Shown in pieces: positions 1 through 12,285 of a stretch of 33,000 bases of DNA. How positions within the stretch are numbered: the stretch's first letter is position 1; the number at the start of each line of letters is the position of its first letter. The translations under genes were made by a program, and so were the position numbers. Under the pieces are notes generated by a model that was not told where the DNA came from, did no database searches, and saw only the letters and a program-made list of their open reading frames with translations. The DNA is from Dicyema japonicum (lineage: Eukaryota; Animalia; Dicyemida). The DNA is taken from the NCBI GenBank assembly GCA_011109175.1, contig RDEW01000009.1, forward strand, positions 1,074,652 to 1,107,651, read 5' to 3'.

Positions 1-347
1 CAATTCCGGAGGATTTGTCGAATTTTCTGCCTTATAAAGTGGATGAAGCAAGGGGGAGGCACGAATATATACGCAAATGCAGGACAAAATATGATTGAAA
101 AAAGAAGGTGGAGAAACGACGAATAAACTTTAAAAGTTGATAAAAAGGTCCTTAAAAGAGGAGATCATGGCGACAATGGTATTGTACGATGAGCTTGACT
201 GCACCATCTATGAAGTAACCAAAATTGAGGAAGATAATTGTTTTCTCAATAACAATGAGGATGAAAAAATTCAAAGGTCATGCATAAATTAAAGTGATCG
301 AAAACGCTAAATAAATTAATAAATTATGTTTAATAATTTACACTTTT

Positions 348-505
348 AAGGGTTAGGGTTAATGTTTATAGTTTTTAGTTAGAATTAGTGTTTAAGGTTT
401 TTTGTTAGGGTTAGTGTTTTGGGTTTTTAGCTAGGGTTAATGTTTAGGTGTTTTGGTTAGGATTTAAGGGTTTTTTGTTAGGGCTGTTTAGAGTTAAAGT
501 TTCAG
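348..505 (+). repeat. Degenerate ~26-bp minisatellite with telomere-like TTAGGG core
   Basis: About 6 units of the form gttagggtta(a/g)tgttt..gttttt; strongly G/T-skewed strand. Confidence 0.7.
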
Positions 506-2699
506 GTATATGGATAAGAGAACAAGGCTTAAATTAATTATTTTGGTAAAGCTATGCTCGTTATTTTAGTAGTTATTTAAATTACTAGATTTTATTTATT
601 TTATATTTTTTAAACAAAATAAAATTATTTTAGCACGAGGATTACCATTGCTTTGTGACATTTGGTGGTTTATTTTTAATTTTGGTCCTCTCAATTTTTG
701 CGTTCTACAGAATATTTAATATCAGAGGTAACCTTATTGGGTATATTTAAGTTGATTCTGCTATAGAAAATTTTGTAATTTTATTAGCCTCGACCATGTG
801 TAGGCCGAGGCAACGTACTGGCCGTGACATATTACAATAATGATCGTAAAAAATACCCTTAAAGTAATTACCACCAAATAATATATTGTAAATATCAGAT
901 CTCCACTGATTTGAAAAGTGTAATTTTTGAAACCAAATAGTCAACCAAGTGTATCATTTTAATTACTATTCTACAGGTTCACTGATAAAAATTTTTTCAT
1001 CCATCTACCGACTTTTGGATTAATGAGGTCATTAAGACTGTGTGGCGCAGTGTGACATTTTGCCGGCAAAAGGCCTGAATTTCGAATCTGGATATTGTAC
1101 ATTTCGAATGAAGGTTCCACGCATCAATATGCTTTGGCTTGAGGAGTGACGTCGTCATCAGTGAACATTTCACTGCGGAACCGGATCGTCTAAGAAAGAC
1201 ATTCACCCAAGAAAAAGAAAAAACCAAAGAAGTAAAGAGCTTTCCTTAATTCTCGTTCATCAATTAGCTGTGATAACTGTTCTTTGCTTAAAATATAGTG
1301 TGTGTTCTGCCTGAGACGAGCGATGGCTGATATGACTCCTCGGAAAGTGCGATAGTCATATTTCAGGGCAAAATTATTATTAAGACTTTTTACTGATGGC
1401 GCGGTAATTTAGCTTCAAATTTACTTTACGAAAAACCATAATTTACAAAAAATCATGCAAAAATTTATATAAAACTGCTCATTTCTGCATTCCTCCAATA
1501 ATAATGAAATTGTTAAGTTCTCAAATACAAAAATTGTTCGTCAATGTTTTAACCATCGACAGCCCTTAGGTTTTGGTCCCAATCGGTCCACTATCATTTA
1601 TGAAGTTGAAATTGACAGAGAAACTACAAATTATCGATGTCACCCAATAGTTGATGCATTCTAATGTTCATTGATCGTTTCGATCTTGACTTTTTGGCGA
1701 TATATTTGTCTGCCGTTGTCTCCTTCTGTCTGAAGTGTGGTGGTCCTCTCAAAGACGAGCTTCAGTTATATAACTATTACCACCAATTCCGACCAATTAT
1801 CAAGTTGTTTGTCATCGCCGAAGTTGTCATTATTACCAACAACGTGGGGGATACTTGGCCGATATCAAACATTTTGACTTTTCCTTTATGATTTGTAACA
1901 TACTGTACACCATCTCCGCTTATTATGGACTGACTGTCATCACAGAATCAAACGAAGTCTAAATTCTCCCAAAAGACTATATTCGGTTTACTGTTTGGAC
2001 TCACTCTGAGAAGAGGGGATTCTCGCAAACTGGTTATACTCTACCTTTTCTGCCTTTTTACTCCATATTTGACATACACATGATCTATGGTTTAATCGAT
2101 GCTGTTACCATATCAATCAAGCGGGAAAGGAGCTCAGTTTTTTTCTTGGAATAATCAGCTTAGTTTTTTCTCAAGAAAAACAAATTCAAAATTCGTTTCA
2201 AGGACCCCACTTTTGGGGTTATCTCTTGTCTAATTCGGTTCAATGTACTCGGACTTGGCAGGAATGAGGTCATTATTTGCGAGGAGTACAGCTGTTTTGT
2301 TTCTGTCTTTCCAGACAATTTCCGCGGTAATTTTGAAATCGATTTTAGTCGGGGGAATAAAAGGGAACTTAAGTGGCATATTTTAGGGAGACTTTAGGCG
2401 ATAATTTTGTTGCTTCAAAGTTTGTCAAGGATTTTTGGAAATTCTGTTGGATTTTGGATTTATCAAGTTCTTTGATTTACTTTCCCGGTTAATATTTATT
2501 GTCTCCGTTTCCATTCTTGTTGTCCTAATTTTGATGTATTTTTGTCTTGATTTTAGTTATCATTCGTGGGCTGAAAATAATTATAATTTTTATTTTCACT
2601 TTTTATTCAATATTAAATTCAATTTTTTTGGTTGAGGTGGTGACGTTCCTCTCTTGCACTCATGTCGTATATGTGTTTGAATAATTCTTCCTCTACTCT

Positions 2700-2880
2700 T
2701 ACCTTCAAAGCTATGGGCGTCATTGGCTGGTCGAGAGGGCACTAACCAAGTCTGGATCTTCCCAAGGTTCTAAATGGTGACCTAAGACCAGTGAACAGAG
2801 CACTAAGGGAAGATGAAGACCTCAGTAGTCTGCGGAGCCTATCATCGAACAGGAGAGGGTGGGAAGACTAGTATCGAGGA
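2700..2880 (+). mobile_element. RTE-like LINE 3' end fragment
   Basis: Translates DLPKVLNGDLRPVNRALREDEDLSSLRSLSSNRRGW, the same pattern as the RTE tail at 10140-10290(-). Confidence 0.55.
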
Positions 2881-2945
2881 TCATGCGAATAGAATTATAG
2901 CTTATATGATTCTATGTCATTGAGCTCAAATAATTTTAGTAATTT

Positions 2946-3307
2946 AAGAGGCCGAGTGGAATGACTTTATTCCCATACTCCCACGGAAAATTACTCGTCT
3001 GGGACGCAACGTGTGTGGACACCTCAGGAGCCAGATTGCTGACGGCGACACACTCTCCTGGAGACGCAGCCGACCAGGCGGAGGTCAAGAACATCCATAA
3101 GTACGAATCCCTCGGAGACCACTACCATTTCGCCCCCATTGCTGTGGAGACAACTGGAACTGTAGGCGCAAAAACGGACGCCTTTCTCCACAGAATTGGA
3201 AGCAAACTCACCTCAAAAAGGTGCGAGCTATGGTAAAGACTCTGGTTGAGGCAGAGGCTTGAAATGGCGATTATCAGAGGTAACCCCCTCGCCATTCTGT
3301 CGTCCTA
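2946..3307 (+). mobile_element. CRE-like non-LTR retrotransposon, RLE endonuclease 3' fragment
   Basis: KRPSGMTLFPYSHGKLLVWDATCVDT...FAPIAVETTG...AIIRGN motifs; frameshifted. Confidence 0.85.
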
Positions 3308-4539
3308 ATTATTGTCTAAATTAATTTATTTGTTGATTAATAAAATGGCTGACATTTAATGCGTTTTTCCCCTGTTACCGGGGATGACCAAATTGGAGGT
3401 GATACAAGGCCGATGCTTTAAATTTTACGAAATTCTCGCTTCGACGTAAAACGCTAAATGTCTCCCCAATCATGACAGATATACGATTTTGTTTTCGTAG
3501 AGACATTCGAAGACTCGTCTATGATAAAATACTACTCTCTCCTCCAATCGATAAGCATAATTTTCTCTTCCGAGGGATATCTGGTTAACCTGGCTTCTCT
3601 GCAATGTGAACACCATCCTTCTCTACCGACGTACGTAAACTGGATGATGTAAAAGATATCTTTTGCTCCTTATACAACCTCTCCGAGCTGACAGCAAATT
3701 CTTTTTCGAATGTCCAAATCTGGTGGTTGTTCGTCTACCATACCAAAGTTGACAGATCTATAGGAGCACTTGCATTTTCTGCGTCCTACCTAATAGCCGC
3801 TGGTCTCCTACAAGTTAGTGAGGTCGAGGTTACTGACTAACTATGAGGTCGACGGCCTTCGAACATTTCTAGTCGACCAGAAGACGTGCTTTTTTCTTTT
3901 CTTTGTTATTCTTCGATCTCTGGGTGCGTCCACACCCGAGAACATTGCCATATTGCACTGTTTCATTATCTCTTCCAGAGGCAGTAATCTGCGGAACTCC
4001 ATACGAAGGTCTAAAAAGATGTCTTTTATTATGCACTTTAGGCTACTTTTTGATGTATCACTTTCTCAAGATTTTAGCGACGGCAAGAAAGCTGTTCTCT
4101 CCCAGATAAGCTCTTCAGCTGCTTCTTGGCAAGTGCTCACATTACTATGCTCTCCACAAAAGGACACACTCAATCTCCAGTGCCGTTTTGGATTTTCGTA
4201 AATGAATCGAATTTTGTCCTAACCTTAACAACGAGTAACGATTACGTGGGAGCATGCTTACTAACACATTATTATTAAACCCAGAGACCACCAAGAAAGA
4301 AATGTTAAACCAACTTATTAGATGACCCTAGCCTGCAAAAGTCCCTGAACTCTGCTTGAGTGTTCCACCAGCCACCCAACTACTTTCAGGAAGTGCCTTC
4401 TGTGGTGTCTTGAAAGGAATTCTACCACGTGGATAACACTTTCCGATAACACATGGTTTTTTCTCTATTTTATATAATTACTCCCTTTCTTGGGCAATTT
4501 GGTTTCCATATTTTTTTAAAAAAAATCTGTATAATGGAC

Positions 4540-4950
4540 TCAAATAAATTTTCTGCGTCTTTTCACTGAAACGTCAAGGATGATATATCCTCTGACCGAG
4601 TTGAAAGCGTTGCACATTTTGAAAAGGACGTTATCTTCATGTGATATAGCCTGACGAACTCCTCGGCAATATGGTCCCCCACCTTGCATCCACTTCTGAC
4701 TCCCACACAGCTTGGACTCTATCTTTGATCTCAAATCCCTCGTATGGCTCAATTTATCCTTCAATATAGGAGTCAATGATTACATCTCTTTTTGTGAAGC
4801 TTTCCATCCTTTCCTTTATTTCTTCTCTGATCGACGCTAATAGCAAAATGACCCAAGCTTTCCTCGACTTTACAATAGCCAGATAACACGCTCCTTGAAT
4901 GTAGTGTAATACCATCCTTCAAGTCCACGGAAGAGCCGTGGAATGATCGT
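4540..4950 (-). pseudogene. Decayed ORF, possibly a MULE-like transposase C-terminus
   Basis: Weak LEGWYYTTFKERV...SIREE resemblance; multiple stops and frameshifts. Confidence 0.2.
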
Positions 4951-5969
4951 AAGTGAAAAAAAATTAAAAACATCCGTTTCGATTTTTAATTTCCCAATAC
5001 ATAAGGACGCATAAACCTTTGATCCCCCAGTGTCAGATAATGAGAATTCAAATTTTGGTAATTTTTATAATACGTCAATCTTTCGATATGGCGTGACGTT
5101 CAATGCTAAATTCAAAAACTTCCAACTATTCTTTTATTAACTTAAGACAAGTTCCCAGACATGATGACAGTGAAGGGCAGCCCACGTGGTTAAAAATTAA
5201 ACTAATTTTTTTAATATGAAAATTTAGTCAATCGTCATATATATACATTGTTAGTCCCACAAGAGACTAAAAGGCACGTGGTCAAATGTTTTCCATCTTT
5301 CCAAATTAACGCCATCTTTGAGCATCTCTTCCAAATTACCAATACTCGTGAGACGACACGGTCTGTAAGTTTGATGGGCCTTGGATTTTAAGAACCATCT
5401 ATAAGTCTCACTAGATGAGTCACATGTTACGATGTTTACTTCGTATCGAAAAGAGACGTCAGTCGATTTATGTGATTTCCTATCCACACTAAATACTCCC
5501 CTCATTTTGGGAGTCGCCTTGTACAACCTGGAGCCATTCACACATCGAATGGACAATTTAGTCTTGAAAATCCTATGTCAGAAGTAACCAAAATAACCAT
5601 GGATAATGTTACTTGGACGCCCAGCTACACTAAAATTTGTGTCTCCCTGTGTGTCTGATTGTCCTCCAAGAGGCAATCTATCTTTTTCTATTAATAAATT
5701 TTAATAAGGCGAGCTTTTACCCGTTAGCTTAAAAAAACTCTCCATTCTATCAGCTGAATTATTATTCTCAAGGACCTCCACTAGAAAATTATGATGCACT
5801 GTTGAGACATATTAGTTACTCTCTTAAAAACGGGGTGTTGTCAATAGATATAGTCGAATTAATCAAAAACGAGTATTTCGTAGTGCAATATTTTTCTATA
5901 ATGAAAAAAATCCACTGGTCTTCCAGGCTTGAGGACCAATTGTATTTTTATATAAATTATAAATTAGTA

Positions 5970-7217
5970 CAGTAAAACCTATCGAATCCGTCGCATTTTT
6001 TCAAAAATACAAAATTCCCTATGAGAAATTCTCGAATCCGCCAATTTCTCGAATCCGCCGCATTTTTAAAAATAATTTTTTTTTCATTTTCTTATTATTT
6101 TTATTTTTTATTCAAAAAAACTTCTACACGGGACATTATCATTTTTGTGTTGTTGTTCTAATGAAACGTAATTGTGCAAGATTAAAAAATTCTGAAAAGC
6201 TCCAAATTATAAAATTTACGGGGCAAAATCCAGGAATTTCGCTCACAAGAGTGTCTGAAATCTTTTCCGGAAGATTCAGACATGTTGTTTCAAGACGATC
6301 CTTAAATGACATGAGGAGAAAAGGGAATGTATCTACCTTGCTTTTTCAGAATTATCTCGGAATCCATATTTGAAGTTCAATGAAATCGGGAGGATCCCAT
6401 GTCGTGGATTGAACTGGTGGAAACCAGAGGAGCAATTCTTAATGACGCGATTATTCTTACAAAGGCGGAGGGCTTTGCAAAGAAACGCCAAATAACTGAT
6501 TTTAAAGCCAGTCGTGGATGGCTCGAAATATTTAAAAGACGAAATGGGTTGAAATTAAGGAAACCTTATGGAGAATCATCTTCATAGAATTTCTCAAATT
6601 CGGAAGTTAATGAGTATTTTATAAAGCTCTTCCATGCAAAAGCATTTGCAAGATGAAGAGACAAGGGCATAAACTATTGAAGAATCGAACATCGGTGATG
6701 CTTTGTTCTTTGTTCGATTATGACTGGTACCGATAAACTAACACCAATCATAATTGGAAAATTCAAAACCCTATATGCTTTAAAAATTTTAGCTACCAAA
6801 GTTATGCAACCTATTATAATTCTAAAAAAGCATGGATGAATTCCAAATTATTCAATACATTTTTGTTTGAATGGGATATCAGGTTGGCTAAAGAAAAGCG
6901 CAAAATACTACTCGTAATTGACCAATGTCCATCTCACAAGATTTGTAGTTAATAAAGTTAGCTTAAATGCCTTATGTCTTCAATGAAGTTAACTTAAATG
7001 TCTTCAATCTCCCCGATGATGTTATTAGAAACATCAAAACGAAAATTAAAACAAGAATAACTGATTATTTTAAAGGAAATTAATGTTTTCATTTTTTAAT
7101 TAATCTTTAAAATTAAAAAAAATGCATTTTATTAATTTATAAAAAATTCAAATTTGCCTATCAAATCTGCTTTAATTTCCCAGGTCCCAAATTCGGCGGA
7201 TTCGAAAGGTTTTACTG
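5970..7217 (+). mobile_element. pogo/Tigger DNA transposon, internally deleted
   Basis: TIRs CAGTAAAACCT(A/T)TCGAATCCG at both ends; TA flanks at 5968-69 and 7218-19; CENP-B HTH (FKASRGWLEIFKRR) and DDE_1 remnants (KAWMNS, LLVIDQCPSH) with stops. Confidence 0.93.
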
Positions 7218-7588
7218 TAGAATTTTCGACAAAATCCTTATGATAGAAGTTGGAATTACGTCCCAAGACCATTTGCAGACTGTGGAGTTAAAGAAAAAGG
7301 ATACATCCTTGCAAAAGAGATGGGGCTGATGTTTGGTTGCAAGGTCCTCGTTATTCCAATATTCATGATAGTAATCACTGAGATGAAGAAATTGCACATT
7401 TAGGATTATTATAATACAAAAAATATAAGAATTGTCCAAACATTTAGAAATATGAAGAGGAAAACATTATAGGAGATTATATGTTTAAAGAAAGACAAAT
7501 GTGATAATCTGACAACCAACCTAACAACCACCAATTTGTCTATTCGTATATGAAAATATTTTTTAAGAAATAGAATTATAAATCATAT

Positions 7589-8340
7589 TTAAAACTGCCA
7601 TCCATCCAAAGTGGACCCCGCCGACATTATCGACGTTGCGTTGCCTCTCACGATTGCAACAGAGATCAACTGAAGTAGCCACCGGGTCTCACGTGCGTCG
7701 TGGCTTTTTAGTGTAGCTAAGCGTCCAAATTTCTTTAGGAAGCGAAGCGTTTTTCCACTTATTCCTCCAGTTGTCTCGACCACTATCCGATAAAACGCGA
7801 ATCGGTCGCGTCGTATTTCTTCTCCTTTGCCCTCATCGTTTTTTCCGCGGAATACAGTGTGTCTACCGCGCTCCCGACAATGTTGGACGGGCAAAGCGTG
7901 TCAAGTAGCGTCCCAGACCAAAGGTTTCCCCTCTTCGAATGTGAAAATTGTGGTCTCGTCAGGACGTTTTCCGTCTCCTCTGTCCAGACCAACAGGTTCT
8001 AGTATGGCTGGGTATCCCGCAGACTCCAGGGCTCGCTTGACAATTTCGTTGATCGCCTTGTGTCTTGGGAATCGTCCTGCACTCCTTCGACAAGAGAGGG
8101 CATGGAGTCCATAACAATCGACGGTTGCGCCACATCGGCATTTGTGGGTCCGGCAAATCTCCAGTCCAAGTCTGGTGGAGATGCCGATGTGGACAGTATC
8201 GTCGTCAAGGTGGGTCCCGACACTGCCAACTGGGAGTGCATTGATCCATGCACCACTTGATTCGCATCTTCCAGTGACTAGACAGGCACGTCTGTGTTGG
8301 TTTGATTGGTTCAGAAGCCTCTCATATTTATCCTCACAGG
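7589..8340 (-). mobile_element. CRE-like retrotransposon C-terminal fragment (Zn knuckle + RLE)
   Basis: SGAWINALP...CRCG...HALSC...RH...EPVGLDRGDGKRPD...LVWDAT...VETTGG...AIVRGNA. Confidence 0.9.
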
Positions 8341-9610
8341 TAGTCGTATATTATATTTGTAATTTGATGGGAGACTACGTTTACTATTCCGGACTAAAAA
8401 TTTGTTAAATGAATGTTTATGAATTTTACTGGATTTTGTGTCGTCTAATATTTCCGTGTACTACCTCCATATGCACACTTTTGATATTCCACATTATCTT
8501 TATTATTATAATTTATCATTTGTCCACTTATCAGTTTATCAAAAATCTTTGTGGAATATGCAATTATTTTTCAAATAAAAATAATTACTCAACAAGATAT
8601 GGGACAAAATGGTAAAAAGCTGTAGACGTTTTCTAAGAGAGCTACAATTAAGCGTTAGACATTTTCATTGTCCAAGAAACCCTGCCTAATAAACTTACAT
8701 AATTTAGTATTTTTTATTAAAAAATTAATTATTTGACAACCATGAATGTTAAAATACTCTCATCAGATATTCCCTACAAAATTTAGCGTGCGTCATGCGG
8801 TTCACCTGCTGTAGTGGCGCTTAGCACAACCGTTAGACATTTCCCATCCCTCTATGATCTTCAGAAGGGTAATATATTAGTGTCTCATGCTCGCTTCAGT
8901 AATCATTAATGTAAATCAGACTCGGCCTATTATAATCATCGACACTAAATATATAGTCAAGTACAGACTAACGAGCTCAATTATACTAGCATATCTTTCT
9001 AGCGATAATTACTTTGTGCTACAAAATGAAACATTCCAGACCAAATAACACAGAACTAACTGCTCACGTAATACAACGTGCTAAAGTAGAGATCTCATCT
9101 TGACAGATGCTCATCCATCGAGCTCATTCAAGCACGTATCGGTAGTATAACTGTATTTTCGTAGTTGAACGGAGACACCCTTCGGTTCTAACATTTAGGG
9201 ATTAAAAATAACACACATGGAAAAGATATTAGACACGATATTTAAATAAATTATTTAAAATTAAAATAATTTTTTTTATATTTTGTTAAAAATTATACTA
9301 ATTTATAATTTGTATTAAAATCGCTATTTTGCTGATCTCATAGATCTCAGGAGATACTCATAAACGACTTCAGACTTGAATTAATTGAATAATTTTTTAA
9401 AGAGTTAAAAATTTCAAATTAGGTATACGAAGAGTATGGAAGCAAACTATAGGAATTTGCCCCCTACCCGATAGGGGCAGAAGGAGTTGGATGGGATAAG
9501 GTTTGGAGCGTGAATATTTGAAAAAAGAAAATCAAGGAAGTTAATATGATGAGGAAAATCTGATTGAAGCTGGGGATCGCATTAAAAGCTTGGAGAGTCA
9601 GTATGGCTGC

Positions 9611-9843
9611 TTAGTTGGATGAGTGTTGTCAGGAAGAATTATGATTTGGGGTTGGCAATTGATGAAATGGAATACGAACAGAATAATTAATTTTCAATAA
9701 TTTTTGGTTTACTTTGATTTTTAATTTTAGTTGGATGAGTCTTGTGAGGAAGAACTATGATTTGGGGTTGGCAATCGATGAACTGGAATACGAACAGAAT
9801 AATTAATTTTCAATAATTATTGGTTTACTTTGATTTTTAATTT
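9611..9843 (+). repeat. Tandem duplication, 2 x ~116 bp
   Basis: Units begin ttagttggatgagt at 9611 and 9727 and differ by only a few substitutions. Confidence 0.9.
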
Positions 9844-10139
9844 CTCGATGTTGGACTATTTCTTACTTTTATGAGCGATCTAGCCCCTTTCTTATGGTAA
9901 CCGATGGGATTTTTTATGAGGAAGGTCACTAAAGAGAAGATACTAATGACTCTAAAAGACTTATCTGGGTGCCTAATATTATTAGCTGGTTGCTTTATAG
10001 AAACAGGGCTCATGTTAATGGGGCTTTAATAATTAACTATTTCTTGCTATAATGAAAACACGTGCATATTAGTTCCCGGGATAATTTATAAAAACGTTCC
10101 GGCATAATTTAAAATGTGCAACACTCAAAGAAACAATAT

Positions 10140-10507
10140 TTATAGTTAGTCTTTTCCATCATCCTCTGTCGAATGCGAGTGATCTCAATTCGTCCAGGTC
10201 GTCCCCTGTCTTTAGATTTTTTCTCACACGATTTAAGTCTTTGTTTAAGGCAGTCGAAAGTGTCGATCTAGGTCGTCTGGAAGGATTTTTCGCAACTGTC
10301 AAAGTAATCTTCCATCGCTTTGTTAGCGGGTGCGTCCGGGTTCATTCTTAGTACATGCCCAAATAGCCTCCACCGGGCGTCTATCACATCCTTGCTAATG
10401 TAAGAACACATGCACTTGTTGTAGATAACAGTGGTTGATATTCTACGTGGCCACTCCATTCCGAGTAAGCTTCTTAGTTGCCTTCTATGGAACGAATCCA
10501 TATCCAA
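10140..10507 (-). mobile_element. RTE-like LINE 3' fragment
   Basis: FHRRQLRSLLGMEWPRRIS...RWRLFGHVLRM..DAPANKAM...RPRSTL...LRSLAFDR.W. Confidence 0.85.
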
Positions 10508-10857
10508 TTATTTGTATGAGGAATGAAATAAAATTGATTTAATTTGTCGAAACACCATAACTGAATATTATTGTAGCCAACTCAATTTTAAAAAAGTTAT
10601 GCCGTCTCTCTACTGTTGAATCAGTCATTTATTCTTTTCGAGGATACAATTAAATATTTTTCCACAAGTTGGTTTCAAGCAGAAATGAAATCTTCATAGA
10701 AGACTTATAACGTGCTTGTGGTCTCTAATTTCAAGAGTTATATTAGCACAACCGATTGAATGTGAATCTTTGTTGTTTTATCGATGGATATCCATGTAAT
10801 TCTTGAAGCATTTGGGACAACTCCACGCCAGCTCATAACCAATCAACGGTCGTAAAG

Positions 10858-11030
10858 AAGGTTCACTTTCCAATGATCTCCGTTGTGACGTCTGGCGTTG
10901 TTGGTCCGAGCACGTCTGAGTTTATCAGGTTAATCGGACTGTTTGGAAGTCGCGGATGGGTGGGCCTAGGATGACGAGATGCCTGTGGGCTTGCGATCAT
11001 AAAAGGTTACTTCCATTATGTACTTAATGC
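10858..11030 (+). mobile_element. Degenerate CRE-like RLE tail
   Basis: HFPMISVVTSGVVGPSTSEFIRLIG...LAIIKG. Confidence 0.55.
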
Positions 11031-11300
11031 CTGCAGGTATAATAAAGACCTTATCATATTGAAATCTCATTTAGCAAAGTTATCTCTCCTCAGTAACCTT
11101 ATCATCTATAAACACTAATAAAACACCCCTGTTCATAAATGGGGGACATCTATATAGCAGTCACCGAGCAGTTCAAATGCGACATATTGCCCACAAAATA
11201 GAAGCAACCGGAAAAATCCAAGCACACGCGAAATAATCCTTAACTAAACCAAACAAAAAATTCAAGAAATCAGAAAATCCGATAACTAAGCTATTTTGTA

Positions 11301-11941
11301 TCAAAAAAATGATCGACGTCGCTCAGACGTTGATGACCTTAGACTTCTCAAATACTGCAACATTAAACCAAATAAACCTTAAGCGAAAATTGTTCCATAA
11401 GCAAAATCACAATTATCACAGGAATCACAACAATAATTCCCAACACAAGGTTCCTAACAAATATCTTATTAATCTGTTCTAGCAGATTATCATTTTCTAC
11501 AATAAGCAAAACTTATGCCTTCCGGTGATTTCACTCCGTCATTCATAAGATTACTCTCAGGATTCTCAACACCCTTCTTTTTATTAGGAGAATCCTCTTT
11601 TGGTTTCACTCCGAAATTATCCTGATTTCCTTTATGCGGAAAATTATCTTTCACATTTTGCGGACCCTTATTGGCAGGATTGACCATTTCTTTATTATTG
11701 CCATTTGGCATGATTACTCGATCATTCTTTGAACTTTCGTCTTTTTCATCGACTTTCTTTGTGAAAGTCTGATTGATGTTAAGCTCACTTGAGTGAGTTT
11801 TAGATTGCTGCCGGATTTTTTCCAGGTTTTGAGACTCATATGACGGATGACTTGGATTTTCCATAGAACTGCCGCAAGTTAATAAAAACCCTTATTGATT
11901 ATTTAATATTCCTTACCGACAAATGGCAACAATATTATCAT
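11301..11941 (-). CDS. Orphan predicted single-pass membrane protein, 189 aa, 4 exons
   Basis: Exons 11941-11917, 11890-11519, 11496-11378 and 11354-11301 join in frame (570 nt). Introns are 26 nt GT-AG, 22 nt GC-AG and 23 nt GT-AG. Signal-peptide-like MIILLPFVGFLLTCGSS, a polar N/K/E-rich region, and TM segment LVLGIIVVIPVIIVILLM. The 3' end is less certain. Confidence 0.65.
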
Positions 11942-11955
11942 TTAATGATGTCAAA

Positions 11956-12000
11956 TTTTTGCATAAATTATTTATTATTTTTTGCATAAATTATTTATTA
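11956..12000 (+). repeat. Short tandem duplication, 2 x ~22 bp
   Basis: tttttgcataaattatttatta occurs twice. Confidence 0.8.
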
Positions 12001-12104
12001 ATATTTAATTAAATATTACTTAAAATATTTAAATGTCAACGAATTGTGATTTTAGCTATTAGATTATATTTATTCTCTATTTTTGCCTATAAATAATATT
12101 ACAG

Positions 12105-12200
12105 ACTCTCCTGAACACAATCGGACAATCTTTATCTCCACTTTGTCCATCATGCCTTCTCGACTGAATACGGGCCACATCTTCACTTGTCAGAATCCGC
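12105..12200 (+). mobile_element. LINE C-terminal CCHC knuckle fragment (I/Jockey/R1-group-like)
   Basis: LNTIGQSLSPLCPSC...NTGHIFTC with a frameshift. Confidence 0.45.
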
Positions 12201-12285
12201 CTCCGACTTCTGCACATAACCAAATACACCTGAGAGTTTCCGCCCGTGGTTGTGATGTTCTTGTTTTCCACCGCTTTTCTTCATT

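Noticed and set aside
348-505. True chromosome telomere
   Set aside because: Degenerate, internal and flanked by complex sequence on both sides
1045-1180. PHD-finger-like remnant (CDIC...FHASIC) on the + strand
   Set aside because: Needs a frameshift, has stops and lacks several Cys ligands; too degenerate to support
1660-2570. Possible gag-like or ORF1-like coding remnant on the minus strand
   Set aside because: Only short broken frames and no recognisable motif
7783-8408. Cluster of overlapping ORFs on both strands
   Set aside because: These are shadow frames of the GC-richer CRE remnant
9458-9479. GC hairpin TGCCCCCTA-cccga-TAGGGGCA as a terminator or Helitron end
   Set aside because: No following CTRR end, and intrinsic terminators do not apply in this eukaryotic context
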